Shown piece by piece: positions 51,039 to 61,422 of a stretch of DNA of 64,000 nt (its first letter is position 1; the number at the start of each line of letters is the position of its first letter). Origin of the DNA: Bacillota bacterium (GTDB lineage Bacteria; Bacillota; DTU025); the NCBI GenBank assembly GCA_050951805.1, contig JBMNJT010000002.1:1312001-1376000 (forward strand). Reading direction: 5' to 3'. The position numbers and the translations under genes were made by a program. Below the pieces are notes generated by a model. The model searched no databases. It saw only the letters and a program-made list of their open reading frames with translations, and had not been told where the DNA came from.

Positions 51039-52514
51039 CTAGTACATTCCCATCTTTGCTTCGGATATATGGATGAGGATATTCTTCTTCTGAGTATAGT
51101 GGTCGAGCATCATCCGATGCGTCTCACGCCCGATTCCGGACTTCTTGTAACCACCGAATGGGGCGTGCGCCGGGATATTGTTGTAGTTGTTTATCCACAT
51201 ACGTCCCGTCTCAACACCTCTTGCAACCCTAAGGGCCCTGTTGATATCGCGTGTCCAGACCGCGCCCCCAAGGCCGTACTCGCTGTCGTTGGCCATCTTG
51301 ATGACCTCGTCCTCATCCTTGAATTTGATGAAGCAGACTACCGGCCCGAAGATCTCTTCCTGCGCCACTCTCATGTCATTGGTCACATCAGCCAAGATCG
51401 TGGGACGCATGAACGGGCCCCGGGCAAGCTCTTCCTCTTCAATGCGAGTGCCGCCACAGACGACCTTGGCGCCCTCGTCTTTTCCGATTTCAATGTACTT
51501 CAAGATCTTCTGGAGCTGTCCATCGTTGATCTGACAGCCCATGACGGTCTCCTTTTTCCAGGGCAAGCCGACCTTGATGCTATTGAACTTCTCAACACAC
51601 TCCGCCAGGAACTTGTCATAGATATCTTCGTGCACGAATACTCTCGAACCCGCGCAGCACACCTGTCCCTGATTGAACAGGATTCCGATCTGAACGCCTT
51701 CGATGGCCTTCTCCCAGGGGGCATCCGGGAAGAATATGTTGGCCGACTTTCCGCCCAGCTCAAGTGTGGCTGGAATGATTTTATCCGCTGCCGCCCTCGC
51801 GACATTGTACCCAACTTCTGTGGAACCAGTGAAAGCGAGTTTGCGGAAACCGGGATGCTCCAGCATGTACTGGCCTGTAGTGGAGCCCCGCCCTGTTACT
51901 ACATTGACGACTCCGGGCGGAACAACATCCTGTATGATCTTGGCAAATTCGAGAATACTGAGTGGCGTGGCTGATGACGGCTTGATCACTATGGTGTCTC
52001 CGGCTGCCAAGGCCGGCGCAATCTTCCACGCAGCCATCAAGAACGGAAAGTTCCACGGTATGATCTGACCAACAACCCCTAGCGGCTCCCGCAGTATGAT
52101 GCTGAGGGTCTGGTCGTCAATCATGACCGCGCTATCCTCTTCAGCTCTTGCTACCCCTGCAAAGTAGCGGAAGTGATCCGCCCCCAACGGAACGTCGAGC
52201 GTCGCGCTCTCGCGAATAGGCTTGCCGTTGTCCAGCGTTTCGATCATGGCCAGTTTTTCGGTGTTTGCATCGATGCGGTCTGCAATCTCAAGAAGAATCT
52301 GCGAACGCTGTGCGGGACTGGTCAATTTCCATGAATCGTACGCTTTCCAGGCTGCCTTGACAGCAAGATCCACGTCCTCTGGCCCTGCTTCCACACAGGT
52401 TGAAAGGAGCTCTCCATTGGCCGGGCAATAGGTGTCAAAGGTCTTCCCTTCCTTGCCGTCAACCCACTTCCCGTCGATAAACAGCTTGTAATTCCTGTCC
52501 ATCGGCTTCTCCAT
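51039..52514 (-). CDS. NAD-dependent aldehyde dehydrogenase
   Basis: IIPWNFP, FTGST, LELGGKS, NQGQVCCAG, EEIFGP, PFGGYKKSG. Confidence 0.96.
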   Translation of the reverse strand: MEKPMDRNYKLFIDGKWVDGKEGKTFDTYCPANGELLSTCVEAGPEDVDLAVKAAWKAYDSWKLTSPAQRSQILLEIADRIDANTEKLAMIETLDNGKPIRESATLDVPLGADHFRYFAGVARAEEDSAVMIDDQTLSIILREPLGVVGQIIPWNFPFLMAAWKIAPALAAGDTIVIKPSSATPLSILEFAKIIQDVVPPGVVNVVTGRGSTTGQYMLEHPGFRKLAFTGSTEVGYNVARAAADKIIPATLELGGKSANIFFPDAPWEKAIEGVQIGILFNQGQVCCAGSRVFVHEDIYDKFLAECVEKFNSIKVGLPWKKETVMGCQINDGQLQKILKYIEIGKDEGAKVVCGGTRIEEEELARGPFMRPTILADVTNDMRVAQEEIFGPVVCFIKFKDEDEVIKMANDSEYGLGGAVWTRDINRALRVARGVETGRMWINNYNNIPAHAPFGGYKKSGIGRETHRMMLDHYTQKKNILIHISEAKMGMY

Positions 52515-52609
52515 GGTCTATCGTCCCCTCCTTCTTGTTTTGACCCCACGGCGCCCCAAGAACCATTCTTCAGATGGGCACCGGTTGTCATCATGCGACT
52601 AATAAACAA

Positions 52610-52625
52610 TGCAACTTTCATGCCA
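52610..52625 (-). promoter_or_regulatory. Sigma54 (-24/-12) promoter of the aldehyde dehydrogenase gene
   Basis: TGGCATGAAAGTTGCA = GG-N10-GC; divergent sigma54 activator; GTGACA repeats upstream as candidate UAS. Confidence 0.85.
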
Positions 52626-52826
52626 TCAGGTTTTACCTGCTCAGAAAAGGCACGTTGTTGAGAAGATGTGACATAGCTGTAACTTAAATGGTGGTATACG
52701 TGACAAAGTGGTGACATATATGCAACAATAGGAATGAGAGCCATGACATGCATCTTGCCGCCTCTTGTGTAGCGCCCGCCTGGCGGGCGCATGCGGAGAC
52801 GCAAAGACAGAAAGGGGGACACCCTA

Positions 52827-54836
52827 ATGGCCAGCGAGTACATTCCCCACGTCGTGGCGAAAGCGTGGGAGGATCTGGTCAATACCGGGACAGTGAGAGT
52901 TGAAGCACTCAGGCCCGTTGTGGCCTCCTCCTGGACCAGGTCCCAACAGGCTGGGATAGACCCGAGGGATGCAGTAGGCAAGATTGTCCTCAGCCAGGCC
53001 CAGCTGGAAAATGTCATATTGGACCGCTCCGATCTGATTGAAGTTGCCAGACCGTTCATGTCCAGCCTTTACGAGTTCGTTGCAGGTTCAGGCTTCGTCG
53101 TGATCATCTCCGATGAACTCGGGCGCGTGATGGAGGTCATGGGAGACGAAAACGCCCTTCGCCGAGGAGCGCTAGTCAACCTTCTGCCCGGCTCGAGCTG
53201 GGCAGAACATCACGTGGGAACCAATGGAATAGGCACAGCCCTTGCCATCGCCAAGCCAGTTCAGGTATCAGGAGAAGAGCACTATTGCGAGAAGTTCCAT
53301 CCATGGACATGCTCTGCAGCACCGATACGCAACAGCAACGGATCGATCATTGGCGCACTCCAGATGTCCGGCCCTTCATCGAAAACCCACATCCACACTT
53401 TGGGAATGGTAGTGGCGGCGATTGAAGCAATTGAAGCACAGATGAAGATCAACGCCAAAGTCCGGGAGCTCACAGTCCTAAATGACAACCTGAACAAGAT
53501 GTTTCAGATAGCCTCAGATGGGATAGTGCTTGTCAACAATGAAGGCATAATCCAGCGAACCAATCCGGTAGCAGATCGGATTCTCGGCACTACCCGCCCA
53601 ACCTCGTTCATGGAGGCAACAGGCGCACCGAGCCATTTGGAGAAGATGATCTCAAACGGCACCGCCTTCGATGATGTGGAAATGAGCGTGGAGACCCCAG
53701 AAGGGCGCGTGCAATGTTTGGTGAGCGGAAAAGCCATCTACGATGAAGACGGCGAGATCAGAGGGGGCGTCGTATCCCTCAATCCAACCAAGAGGATTGC
53801 CAAGCTCATGGGAAGGTACAGCCGTTCGTACGCCACCTTCACCTTCGACGACATCATAGGCAGAGACGGCAATCTCCGCCGCGCTATAAAGTTGGGACAT
53901 ATAGCGGCGGAAAGCGACAGCAATGTGCTGATATGCGGCGAAAGCGGGACGGGCAAGGAGATGTTTGCCCAGGCCATTCACAACGAGAGCAGACAGGCAA
54001 ATGGCCCATTTGTGCCCATAAACTGTGGTGCCATTCCGCGCGAGCTGGTAGGCAGCGAGCTATTCGGTTACGAGGAAGGCGCCTTCACAGGCGCAGCCCG
54101 GGGCGGACGGCCAGGCAAATTCGAACTTGCGTCAGGCGGCACTCTCTTCCTGGACGAAATCGGCGATATGCCCCTTGAACAGCAAATTGCGCTTCACAGA
54201 GTCCTTCAGGACAAGATGGTAACCCGCATAGGCGGTGCGAACATGACTGAAGTAGATGTAAGGATAATCTGCGCAACCAACAAAAACCTCCAACATGAAG
54301 TTGCCAAAGGCAACTTCAGACAAGACCTCTACTACAGGCTGAACGTGATATACATTCTTCTGCCGCCGTTGAGAGAACGCCGAGAAGACATACCCCTGCT
54401 TTTCGATTTCTTCCTTTCGAAAGCCATGTCACAATTAGGAGTCGACATATCAAATGTCGATCCCGATGTAACAGGCTGTTTGACCTCATACGATTGGCCA
54501 GGCAACGTAAGGGAGCTTCAAAACGTGGTGGAACGCATGGTGAATATCGCCACATCCGGATACATCGGTCTCGAACACATTCCTGTAGAAATACTCAACC
54601 CTAGCCGCTCCGGAAACACATCGACGCAAATGGGTTCACCTTTTCCTGCGGCAAAGCCTCCAACTTTCGAGCAACAGCGGGCGGAGATTAGACGCACTGC
54701 CGAGCAGCGCCAGCGAGAAGAACTGATTCGAGCCCTCGAAAAACATGATGGCAACATAACACGGACAGCAGAAGAAATGGGCGTCTCGAGGAACACAATT
54801 TATAGAAGAATGAAAAAACTCGATCTGCAAAGGTGA
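52827..54836 (+). CDS. Sigma54-dependent activator (GAF-PAS-AAA+-Fis HTH, AcoR-like)
   Basis: SW.RS, GTNGIGT, GESGTGKE, GAFTGA, FLDEIG, WPGNVREL, HTH. Confidence 0.95.
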   Translation: MASEYIPHVVAKAWEDLVNTGTVRVEALRPVVASSWTRSQQAGIDPRDAVGKIVLSQAQLENVILDRSDLIEVARPFMSSLYEFVAGSGFVVIISDELGRVMEVMGDENALRRGALVNLLPGSSWAEHHVGTNGIGTALAIAKPVQVSGEEHYCEKFHPWTCSAAPIRNSNGSIIGALQMSGPSSKTHIHTLGMVVAAIEAIEAQMKINAKVRELTVLNDNLNKMFQIASDGIVLVNNEGIIQRTNPVADRILGTTRPTSFMEATGAPSHLEKMISNGTAFDDVEMSVETPEGRVQCLVSGKAIYDEDGEIRGGVVSLNPTKRIAKLMGRYSRSYATFTFDDIIGRDGNLRRAIKLGHIAAESDSNVLICGESGTGKEMFAQAIHNESRQANGPFVPINCGAIPRELVGSELFGYEEGAFTGAARGGRPGKFELASGGTLFLDEIGDMPLEQQIALHRVLQDKMVTRIGGANMTEVDVRIICATNKNLQHEVAKGNFRQDLYYRLNVIYILLPPLRERREDIPLLFDFFLSKAMSQLGVDISNVDPDVTGCLTSYDWPGNVRELQNVVERMVNIATSGYIGLEHIPVEILNPSRSGNTSTQMGSPFPAAKPPTFEQQRAEIRRTAEQRQREELIRALEKHDGNITRTAEEMGVSRNTIYRRMKKLDLQR

Positions 54837-54982
54837 GTTGTTTCCTAACCCCATGTCGACCGCGTCATACCAATGGCATTGTCCATGTTTCGCCCGGTCC
54901 TTGGACGCAACCCGATGCAGGTGCCGTAGAGCACAGCTGATCAAGATAGCATCTACGCACCGTCGCGAAGACTAGATTCCGC

Positions 54983-55011
54983 TTGTAATCCCACAAACGT
55001 CATGGGATAAT
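54983..55011 (+). promoter_or_regulatory. SigA-type promoter upstream of the CofE-like gene
   Basis: TTGTAA-N17-GATAAT with extended TG. Confidence 0.5.
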
Positions 55012-55201
55012 AAATATTGCTGCCAAAGCCTCTAACGGGCCGAAGTCTGGCAGTAGCCCTTCTCGGCCCCAAGCCCGTCCGCTGCAAAAACTGGGCAGGC
55101 CTTTGGGAACCGATTTGGATGGACCAGAAACGAAAGTCCGCATATTCTCACTGGACCACGTATGGGCAGGTGAAGATGTGCGGAGAAAGCAGGTGAACAT
55201 T

Positions 55202-56749
55202 TTGGGCTTCGTTCTATCGGAGAATGCTGGCGTTGCCGTCGTAGGAATCAAAACAGGGCTGATAATGCCTACCGATGACATAGTCGAAGTCACCATGGAT
55301 GCAGTCGAGGATATTCTGGAGGACGGCGATATCGTATGCGTCACCGAGGCGGTTGTGGCCAGATCTCAGAATCGCTACATAACCTGCGATGAGCTTGCAG
55401 AAGACGTGAAGGCCAAACTTAACATAAAAGATAACGGCACTGTCGCCGTCATAAGTCCCATCGTAAGCCGCAATCGTTTCGCATTGGTTCTTCAGGCCAT
55501 CGCGCGGGCGGTGAACAAAGGAAGAGTCATAGTACAGCTGACAGTCCCGTGCGACGAAGTGGGGAACCAAGTCATAGACGAGGAATTCGCCAATAACCGT
55601 CTTCGCTTCAAGAAGGTGCTGCGCAGCCTCCAAGAGGTCCGGGGAAACACCCCACAGATGAATGTTCTCATAAGAGAGATCATCGCGGCGCTCAAGTTCC
55701 AGGAGCTCGGTTATTCGGTGAACGCCATTCGAAAGATCACCGGAACGGGCATGGCCGACATAACCTTGCTCGACAAGGACGGCCGAAAAGTCATCGCCGA
55801 GGTCGCTTTCGAGAACCTCGCAGGCGTCGCCCAGAAGGCTATAGGAATAGCCAAAGATGATAAGGCGGACATCGCCATGGCGGTCGCAGTGGACCTCCAG
55901 GCTCAGGAGATGGCCATTGTCGAAGCCACGTCATTTTTGGAGGGCAAAGCAAAGCCTGAGGTATATAAGTATGACGAGCGCCAGGCGTTCTACGAAGCGA
56001 CCGATGTGATTACTGTTGCGGAGATCGGGGAGAGACTCTTCCCCCATCCCATCACCGGGATAGACTATGGCAGAATGTATGCTGCGACGATAGAATCAGA
56101 AGGAGCTCAAGCAGAGATCGTTTTCACCAACAATCCCTTGGCCGTCTTCAACTTCGGCCACATAGACGGGATCATCATAGGCGCAGTCCACGAACGCGAG
56201 TCTCTGAAAAACCTCTTTCTCTCGTTCGGAACGAAGACTCCCATGCTCACGATACAGGATATTGGGCCGGAGCCATGGGGCGTAATCGGATCGAATGTGT
56301 CAGACCTCGACAAGGGGATACTAAAGCTCCTACCTGATAATTCCGATGACGTGTGCGACAAGATCAAGGCTGCGGCTTGGGAGAAGACTGGCAAGGATAT
56401 TGAAGTTCTGATCTTTGGAGATGGAGCCTACAAGGACCCGGATACAGGCATCTACGAACTGGCTGACCCGTATCCGTCCATCGGATGCAGCAAGGGGCTT
56501 CGCAGTGCCTCACTGCGGCAGGGCACGAAACTCAAACTCCTTGTCGAAACGATGTTCAGAGAAGGCCATTCCCGCGAGGAGATATACAAGGCCCTCGAGG
56601 AACAGCAACCGTCCCGCGAAACCCTTGGCACAACACCGCGCAACATCACCGGGATACTCGCAACCATGGCCGATCTTGCCGCCGGCTCTGCCGATGCCGG
56701 AACGCCGGTGGTAATCATACGAAACTTTCCTTTTAAGCCTGCCAAGTAG
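55202..56749 (+). CDS. Coenzyme F420-0:L-glutamate ligase (CofE)-like protein with internal inserted domain
   Basis: VTEAVVARSQ, PIVSRNRF, DEVGN, HPITGIDY, GDGAYKDP..ELADP, GTTPR, GSADAGTP; start moved to TTG. Confidence 0.85.
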   Translation: MGFVLSENAGVAVVGIKTGLIMPTDDIVEVTMDAVEDILEDGDIVCVTEAVVARSQNRYITCDELAEDVKAKLNIKDNGTVAVISPIVSRNRFALVLQAIARAVNKGRVIVQLTVPCDEVGNQVIDEEFANNRLRFKKVLRSLQEVRGNTPQMNVLIREIIAALKFQELGYSVNAIRKITGTGMADITLLDKDGRKVIAEVAFENLAGVAQKAIGIAKDDKADIAMAVAVDLQAQEMAIVEATSFLEGKAKPEVYKYDERQAFYEATDVITVAEIGERLFPHPITGIDYGRMYAATIESEGAQAEIVFTNNPLAVFNFGHIDGIIIGAVHERESLKNLFLSFGTKTPMLTIQDIGPEPWGVIGSNVSDLDKGILKLLPDNSDDVCDKIKAAAWEKTGKDIEVLIFGDGAYKDPDTGIYELADPYPSIGCSKGLRSASLRQGTKLKLLVETMFREGHSREEIYKALEEQQPSRETLGTTPRNITGILATMADLAAGSADAGTPVVIIRNFPFKPAK

Positions 56750-56756
56750 GCATTGG

Positions 56757-56795
56757 AACCTAGCAGGGCGGCGTCGGGCCGCCCTGCTAGGTTTT
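56757..56795 (+). terminator. Intrinsic terminator
   Basis: aacctagcagggcggc / gccgccctgctaggtt stem plus T-tract. Confidence 0.85.
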
Positions 56796-57037
56796 GCGAG
56801 GATTCACACAACAATCGCCGCATCTCCACGGCGTGCCTGATGTCGTTGGGAGTGAGCCTATGAGGAGTCTATTCACCACCCAGACGTGCAAAGAACACCG
56901 CATCAAGCAAGAGCTTCCCGTCATCTTCCGAATTCGCTACAGACGCAGCCTATACAACCATCAAGCGCAGAACTTCGCGTTCATGTTATTATCTTCTTAG
57001 GAAAGCGAGGGCAATTACAAAGGGGAGTGAATACTTC

Positions 57038-57439
57038 GTGAAGGGATTTGCTATCGACACGTTCGAGAAGAACCAAGTGGTCGATATCACCGCCCAGGTC
57101 GAATCGTGCCTTGCCGACCAAGGGCTACAGGACGGCATCTGTCTAGTTCAGACGCCACACACCACATGTGGAATTATCCTCAACGAACACTTCGATTCTA
57201 CTGTCTCCGAGGACATACTCGACTGCCTCAACCGCATTGCCCCCGAGGACGCAGATTACTCACATAAGGAAGGCAACGCAACTGCCCATATCAAAGCCGC
57301 TCTGATTGGCTCGTCAGTTATCCTCGCGATAGAGGATAGACGCCTTGCCCTAGGAACATGGCAGCGCATCCTTCTATGTGAGTTCGATGGGCCGCGCCAG
57401 CGGAAAGTGTGGGTCAGGACATTGAAACAAGGCACATGA
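57038..57439 (+). CDS. yjbQ: YjbQ (UPF0047) family protein
   Basis: HTTCGI..NE, H.EGN..AHIK, LGTWQ...EFDGPR. Confidence 0.93.
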   Translation: MKGFAIDTFEKNQVVDITAQVESCLADQGLQDGICLVQTPHTTCGIILNEHFDSTVSEDILDCLNRIAPEDADYSHKEGNATAHIKAALIGSSVILAIEDRRLALGTWQRILLCEFDGPRQRKVWVRTLKQGT

Positions 57440-57544
57440 GAGTCTAAGAAGGATCACCACGTGTGAGGCTGCCCGCATCCGGGACTCTCGGAAACCTCTA
57501 TCCCAATTAACCACATCATGACCGTATCTGAACGGAGGGTGCCC

Positions 57545-58579
57545 ATGGCTAATTTCCGAATTCCAGATGTCAGACGATTGCCAGCAATCGCGTCTATCTT
57601 CGTTATCTTGGCCCTAATCGGATCTGTCTGCGCTCGACCTCTGTCTGCCGCAGCCGATAGTGCAATAACCGTGACCTTCATCGACGTCGGCCAGGGCGAC
57701 GCGATCCTTGTATCCACAGACGATGGACGCCACATGTTGGTTGACGGCGGACCCAAGGCGGCCGGAGGCAAGCTGGTAGCGACGCTCCATTCCATGGGAG
57801 TCGGGCACCTCGATGTAGTCGTATCCACGCATCCCCATGAGGATCATGTGGGAGGACTCATAGAAGTGCTGGACTCTTTCGCAGTTGGCAAAGTACTGGA
57901 CTCCGCCAAAGCGCACACGTCAGCCACCTACGAAGCCTACCTCAGCAAGATATACGAGAAAGGCATAGCTTTCTCGGCTCCAAGGGCGGGAGATTCATTT
58001 GACCTAGGACCCGTTACAATCAAGGTTCTGTGGCCCACCGAGCCCCTTCCGCAAGACATAAACGATTCCTCCTTAGTCCTGGAAGTCGCTTACGGAAAAT
58101 CCCGCATCCTGCTCACAGGCGACATCAGCGGGCACGTGGAGCGGATATTGGCTGACACAGGAGTCCTAAACCACATCCATCTGCTCAAAGTTGCTCACCA
58201 TGGCAGCAGAACGTCCACAACCCAAGGCTTTCTGACGCAGACGTCTCCAAGGCTTGCAGTGATACAGGTGGGGCAGGGCAACGACTATGGGCACCCATCA
58301 AACCAGGTGCTTACAAACCTGAGATCACGCGATGTCCTCGCATACAGAACAGACGAGCATGGGTCTGTGAGCGTCAAGATGAGGCCGGATGGAAAAACAT
58401 TCTCCGTCCATATTGAACAGCCCGGCAATGACCTGCGAGCGTCATCTTCCAGCGATGTGTTTCACCGAAGTTCATGCCGATACGTGAATACGATCGATGC
58501 ATCCAGAATTGTCATGATCTCAGACCGCGAACAAGCGATGAATGCAGGTTACAGGCCGTGCAAGCTCTGTAACCCATAG
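57545..58579 (+). CDS. Secreted ComEC/Rec2-like MBL-fold hydrolase with C-terminal Ada-like metal-binding domain
   Basis: DVGQGD, THPHEDHVGG, TGD, HHGS, YGHP, RTD; FHRSSC...GYRPCKLCNP. Confidence 0.9.
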   Translation: MANFRIPDVRRLPAIASIFVILALIGSVCARPLSAAADSAITVTFIDVGQGDAILVSTDDGRHMLVDGGPKAAGGKLVATLHSMGVGHLDVVVSTHPHEDHVGGLIEVLDSFAVGKVLDSAKAHTSATYEAYLSKIYEKGIAFSAPRAGDSFDLGPVTIKVLWPTEPLPQDINDSSLVLEVAYGKSRILLTGDISGHVERILADTGVLNHIHLLKVAHHGSRTSTTQGFLTQTSPRLAVIQVGQGNDYGHPSNQVLTNLRSRDVLAYRTDEHGSVSVKMRPDGKTFSVHIEQPGNDLRASSSSDVFHRSSCRYVNTIDASRIVMISDREQAMNAGYRPCKLCNP

Positions 58580-58604
58580 GAAACTCGTGGTGAGGTGATG
58601 TCGG

Positions 58605-58850
58605 ATGAAACTTGTAGCCACTCTGGACCGGATCGAGAATGGCATCGCAATCCTTCTGGTACGACCGGAGGAGTCCATACAGATCCTTTGGCCCGTCTCT
58701 GCACTCCCAGAAGACGCCGTTGAAGGCGCCATACTCGACATCTCAGTGGACGTCGACAAAGGCAAGACCCAGGCCGCAGAAGAACGCGTTCAATCCCTTC
58801 TCGACAAGCTCTTGGGCAAGGGATCTCAGCAATCAACTGAACCGATATGA
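58605..58850 (+). CDS. DUF3006 protein
   Basis: LDRIE..IAIL...LP....EG.IL; typical partner of ComEC-like MBL genes. Confidence 0.85.
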   Translation: MKLVATLDRIENGIAILLVRPEESIQILWPVSALPEDAVEGAILDISVDVDKGKTQAAEERVQSLLDKLLGKGSQQSTEPI

Positions 58851-58929
58851 GCGCAACAAAAAAGGGGCGCACTGCACCAACGCGAATGCCTCCATACACG
58901 TGCGCCCATCGACCTCGCGGGGATAAGCC

Positions 58930-59193
58930 CTACACGATATGGCCATGCCCACCGCAGCCACATCCGCCTTTAGATCTTTCCCCAGGCCTCATGTCATCAG
59001 CAATCTTCTTCAGGCCGTCCTGAAGCTGACCTAAAGCAGCTGACAGCGCCTGGGCAAACTCGCCTTCAACCTCTATTCTCCGTCCACACTTGCTGCACAC
59101 GACGTAGTCTTCGAGCAGAGTCTCAAAGCTGTCTTCTATAATCTCGACATATGGCTTGCCGCATTCGCATGAGAATTTATGCTCTTGTTCCAC
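58930..59193 (-). CDS. Small Cys-rich hypothetical protein
   Basis: CECG and CSKCG pairs, GGCGCGGHGH tail; RBS GGGAG. Confidence 0.65.
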   Translation of the reverse strand: MEQEHKFSCECGKPYVEIIEDSFETLLEDYVVCSKCGRRIEVEGEFAQALSAALGQLQDGLKKIADDMRPGERSKGGCGCGGHGHIV

Positions 59194-59346
59194 CTTGCAA
59201 CAACTCCCAAAACAATTTGAGTCATCGGAACCATTTCAGCCTACGCCCACCTGCGCGCGAAAAGATTGCCAGTCAATCCCGGCAAAACTCCACTCGAGGG
59301 GGTGCGGCGAATCACGCTTCCAGTTTACTAACGCGCTCCGCCCTCT

Positions 59347-60132
59347 TCATCTCCCCTTCTCAGCCAATTCGAAGGCGATTATCGCGGCCCCATATGCCCC
59401 CGCAAACTGAGACATAGAAGGAACCGACACCTTCAAGCCAAGCTTGCGCTCCAAGGAAAGCCTCACACCGTCGTTGCGGCTAACACCGCCAGTCATTACC
59501 ACTTCCGTGGCCAGCCCCACTCGGTGCACCATGCCCGCCAGACGGTCTGCCACGGCGTCACACAGCCCCCTAATGATCGGCTCCCGGGCCACACCGTGCG
59601 AAAGCAAGCTCACAACCTCCGATTCCGCAAAAACCGTGCATGTTGAGGAGATCATCGCCGGCTTCCTCGTTGCGCGCCACATCTTGCCGAAATCCGAAAG
59701 GGGAACTTCCAGCCTTTCGGCCATAACCTCGAGGAACCGGCCGGTTCCAGCAGCACACTTGTCATTCATAACGAAGTCGGCAACCATCCCATCCTCATCG
59801 AGGCGTATGACCTTGGAATCCTGGCCGCCTATATCGACGATTACGTGGGCGGCCTCGGCAAAAGCCCTTCCGCCTCTGGCATGGCAGGTGATCTCAGTGA
59901 CCGTCCTATCCGCCATCTTCACCATGGACCGCCCGTATCCCGTTGCAACCATTGCTGAGATATCCTCAATGTCAACCACCCCGGCATCCTGCGCTGCCGC
60001 TGAAAGAGATTGGAACGCGGTCTTTTCCTGGTCAGTCCCAGTGGATATGACATTGGTTCCCGCAATTCTACCATCCAAAAGCACCACCGCCTTAACAGCA
60101 GTGGAGCCCACATCGACGCCTGCCACGTACAC
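59347..60132 (-). CDS. Acyl-CoA dehydratase activase (HgdC/HadI-like)
   Basis: GVDVGST, TGYGR, EITCH, DIGGQDSK, MNDKCAAGTGRF, CTVFAESE. Confidence 0.95.
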   Translation of the reverse strand: MYVAGVDVGSTAVKAVVLLDGRIAGTNVISTGTDQEKTAFQSLSAAAQDAGVVDIEDISAMVATGYGRSMVKMADRTVTEITCHARGGRAFAEAAHVIVDIGGQDSKVIRLDEDGMVADFVMNDKCAAGTGRFLEVMAERLEVPLSDFGKMWRATRKPAMISSTCTVFAESEVVSLLSHGVAREPIIRGLCDAVADRLAGMVHRVGLATEVVMTGGVSRNDGVRLSLERKLGLKVSVPSMSQFAGAYGAAIIAFELAEKGR

Positions 60133-60138
60133 CCTTTG

Positions 60139-61422
60139 CTACCTCGCCTTCTTCGCGTCTATAAGCTCGACAAAGGCCCCAAGACGGGTCATCGCCTGTG
60201 CCTCACTTCCATTGCGCACATCAACCCCATCGCCACCAAGATTGAGAAAGGGGATTCCTCTCCTCTTCAAGTGATCTGCGAGCATAGAAGCGCCGCCATT
60301 CGATTGCCTGCATCCCCACTGAGCAAACTGGACCACACCATCAATGGAGTAGTCGTCAATCATCCTATCGACCGCAGCGAGCCGCCTCTCTATCGGACCC
60401 CATCCGAAGTTCGCCAACATCTTCCGAGCAACGCTGGCGAAGGGGTCATCAGGATCGAGCTCGCTCCAGTATGGCCAGTTGTATTCCTCAAAGGCCACTG
60501 AAGTTTCGAGTTCCAGCTCGAGATAGTCTAAAAGACCAGTCTTATAATATGGTCTGAGGTTGAGCCAAAGGAGCCTGTGCCTTTCGCTGCAACACGGATA
60601 TTCGCCGCTGGCGATAATTCCCCGAATATGGCTTGCCAGATCCTTGTAGAACTCTGCAAGCCAGGGATTCCCCCATGCCCCGAGGAACATGACCACGTAG
60701 TTTAGGGCTTCCCCTCCCCTCCAGGGAGACGGGGAATGCTGCCGCAGCGCACACACCTCCAAATAATCGTCGAGGGTCGCATTGGACACCCGGATTGCCT
60801 CGGCCATACCTTCCGGCGAGATCCCCGGAACCTTTTCCGGAAGATCGAACGCAATATGCTCTACTTGATCCCGCAGACGCTTCTGTCCCCGCTCAGATCG
60901 ATCGTATGGCACATCAAGTAGATAGAACGGACAGCCGGCGTCCTTGCTCATGCGATGAAGAGACTTCTTGCCCCCGTCGCAAAGATGTGATGTAGCAATC
61001 ACTGCAGAGGGACGCGGCAGGACGCCCAATTTCCCGGCGCCAACTCCGGCCCTGTGGAAACTGCACAAGTCCGCAGAATACCACATCGCCTCGGCTGCTC
61101 CGAGAGCATCATAGGCAAAGCCGAAGGCTGCCGCATAGCCCGCAGCAACCTCAGGAAGAAAAGGAACCGCGCCAAGCCCGTACACGAGCTCTGTAGGCAC
61201 AAAAGCCGTCGTATATATGCACGGCCTCTCTCCGGTGTAGGCTTGGCGAAAGTCATCCATCACGCACCGTATAGCGCTTATCTGATAAGGCTTCCAGCCG
61301 CGCCGCTCCATAATGTCAACCACCTGTTTAGCCGCGCCATAGCACCATGGTTTCCTGGCAAATCGGCGAAATGCCCTCACCTGAAGTGAATTGCCCACGC
61401 TCCGCGTGCCTCTAGGCCCCAC
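60139..61422 (-). CDS. 2-hydroxyacyl-CoA dehydratase subunit (HgdA/B family)
   Basis: DLCSFH, CDGGKK, DVP, DGVV...WGCRQ, TRLGAF. Confidence 0.88.
   Translation of the reverse strand: MGPRGTRSVGNSLQVRAFRRFARKPWCYGAAKQVVDIMERRGWKPYQISAIRCVMDDFRQAYTGERPCIYTTAFVPTELVYGLGAVPFLPEVAAGYAAAFGFAYDALGAAEAMWYSADLCSFHRAGVGAGKLGVLPRPSAVIATSHLCDGGKKSLHRMSKDAGCPFYLLDVPYDRSERGQKRLRDQVEHIAFDLPEKVPGISPEGMAEAIRVSNATLDDYLEVCALRQHSPSPWRGGEALNYVVMFLGAWGNPWLAEFYKDLASHIRGIIASGEYPCCSERHRLLWLNLRPYYKTGLLDYLELELETSVAFEEYNWPYWSELDPDDPFASVARKMLANFGWGPIERRLAAVDRMIDDYSIDGVVQFAQWGCRQSNGGASMLADHLKRRGIPFLNLGGDGVDVRNGSEAQAMTRLGAFVELIDAKKAR

Noticed and set aside
51030-51974. 314-aa plus-strand ORF and other long antisense ORFs (32573-33466, 34568-35281, 59444-60274)
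   Set aside because: Shadow ORFs opposite well-supported genes in GC-rich DNA
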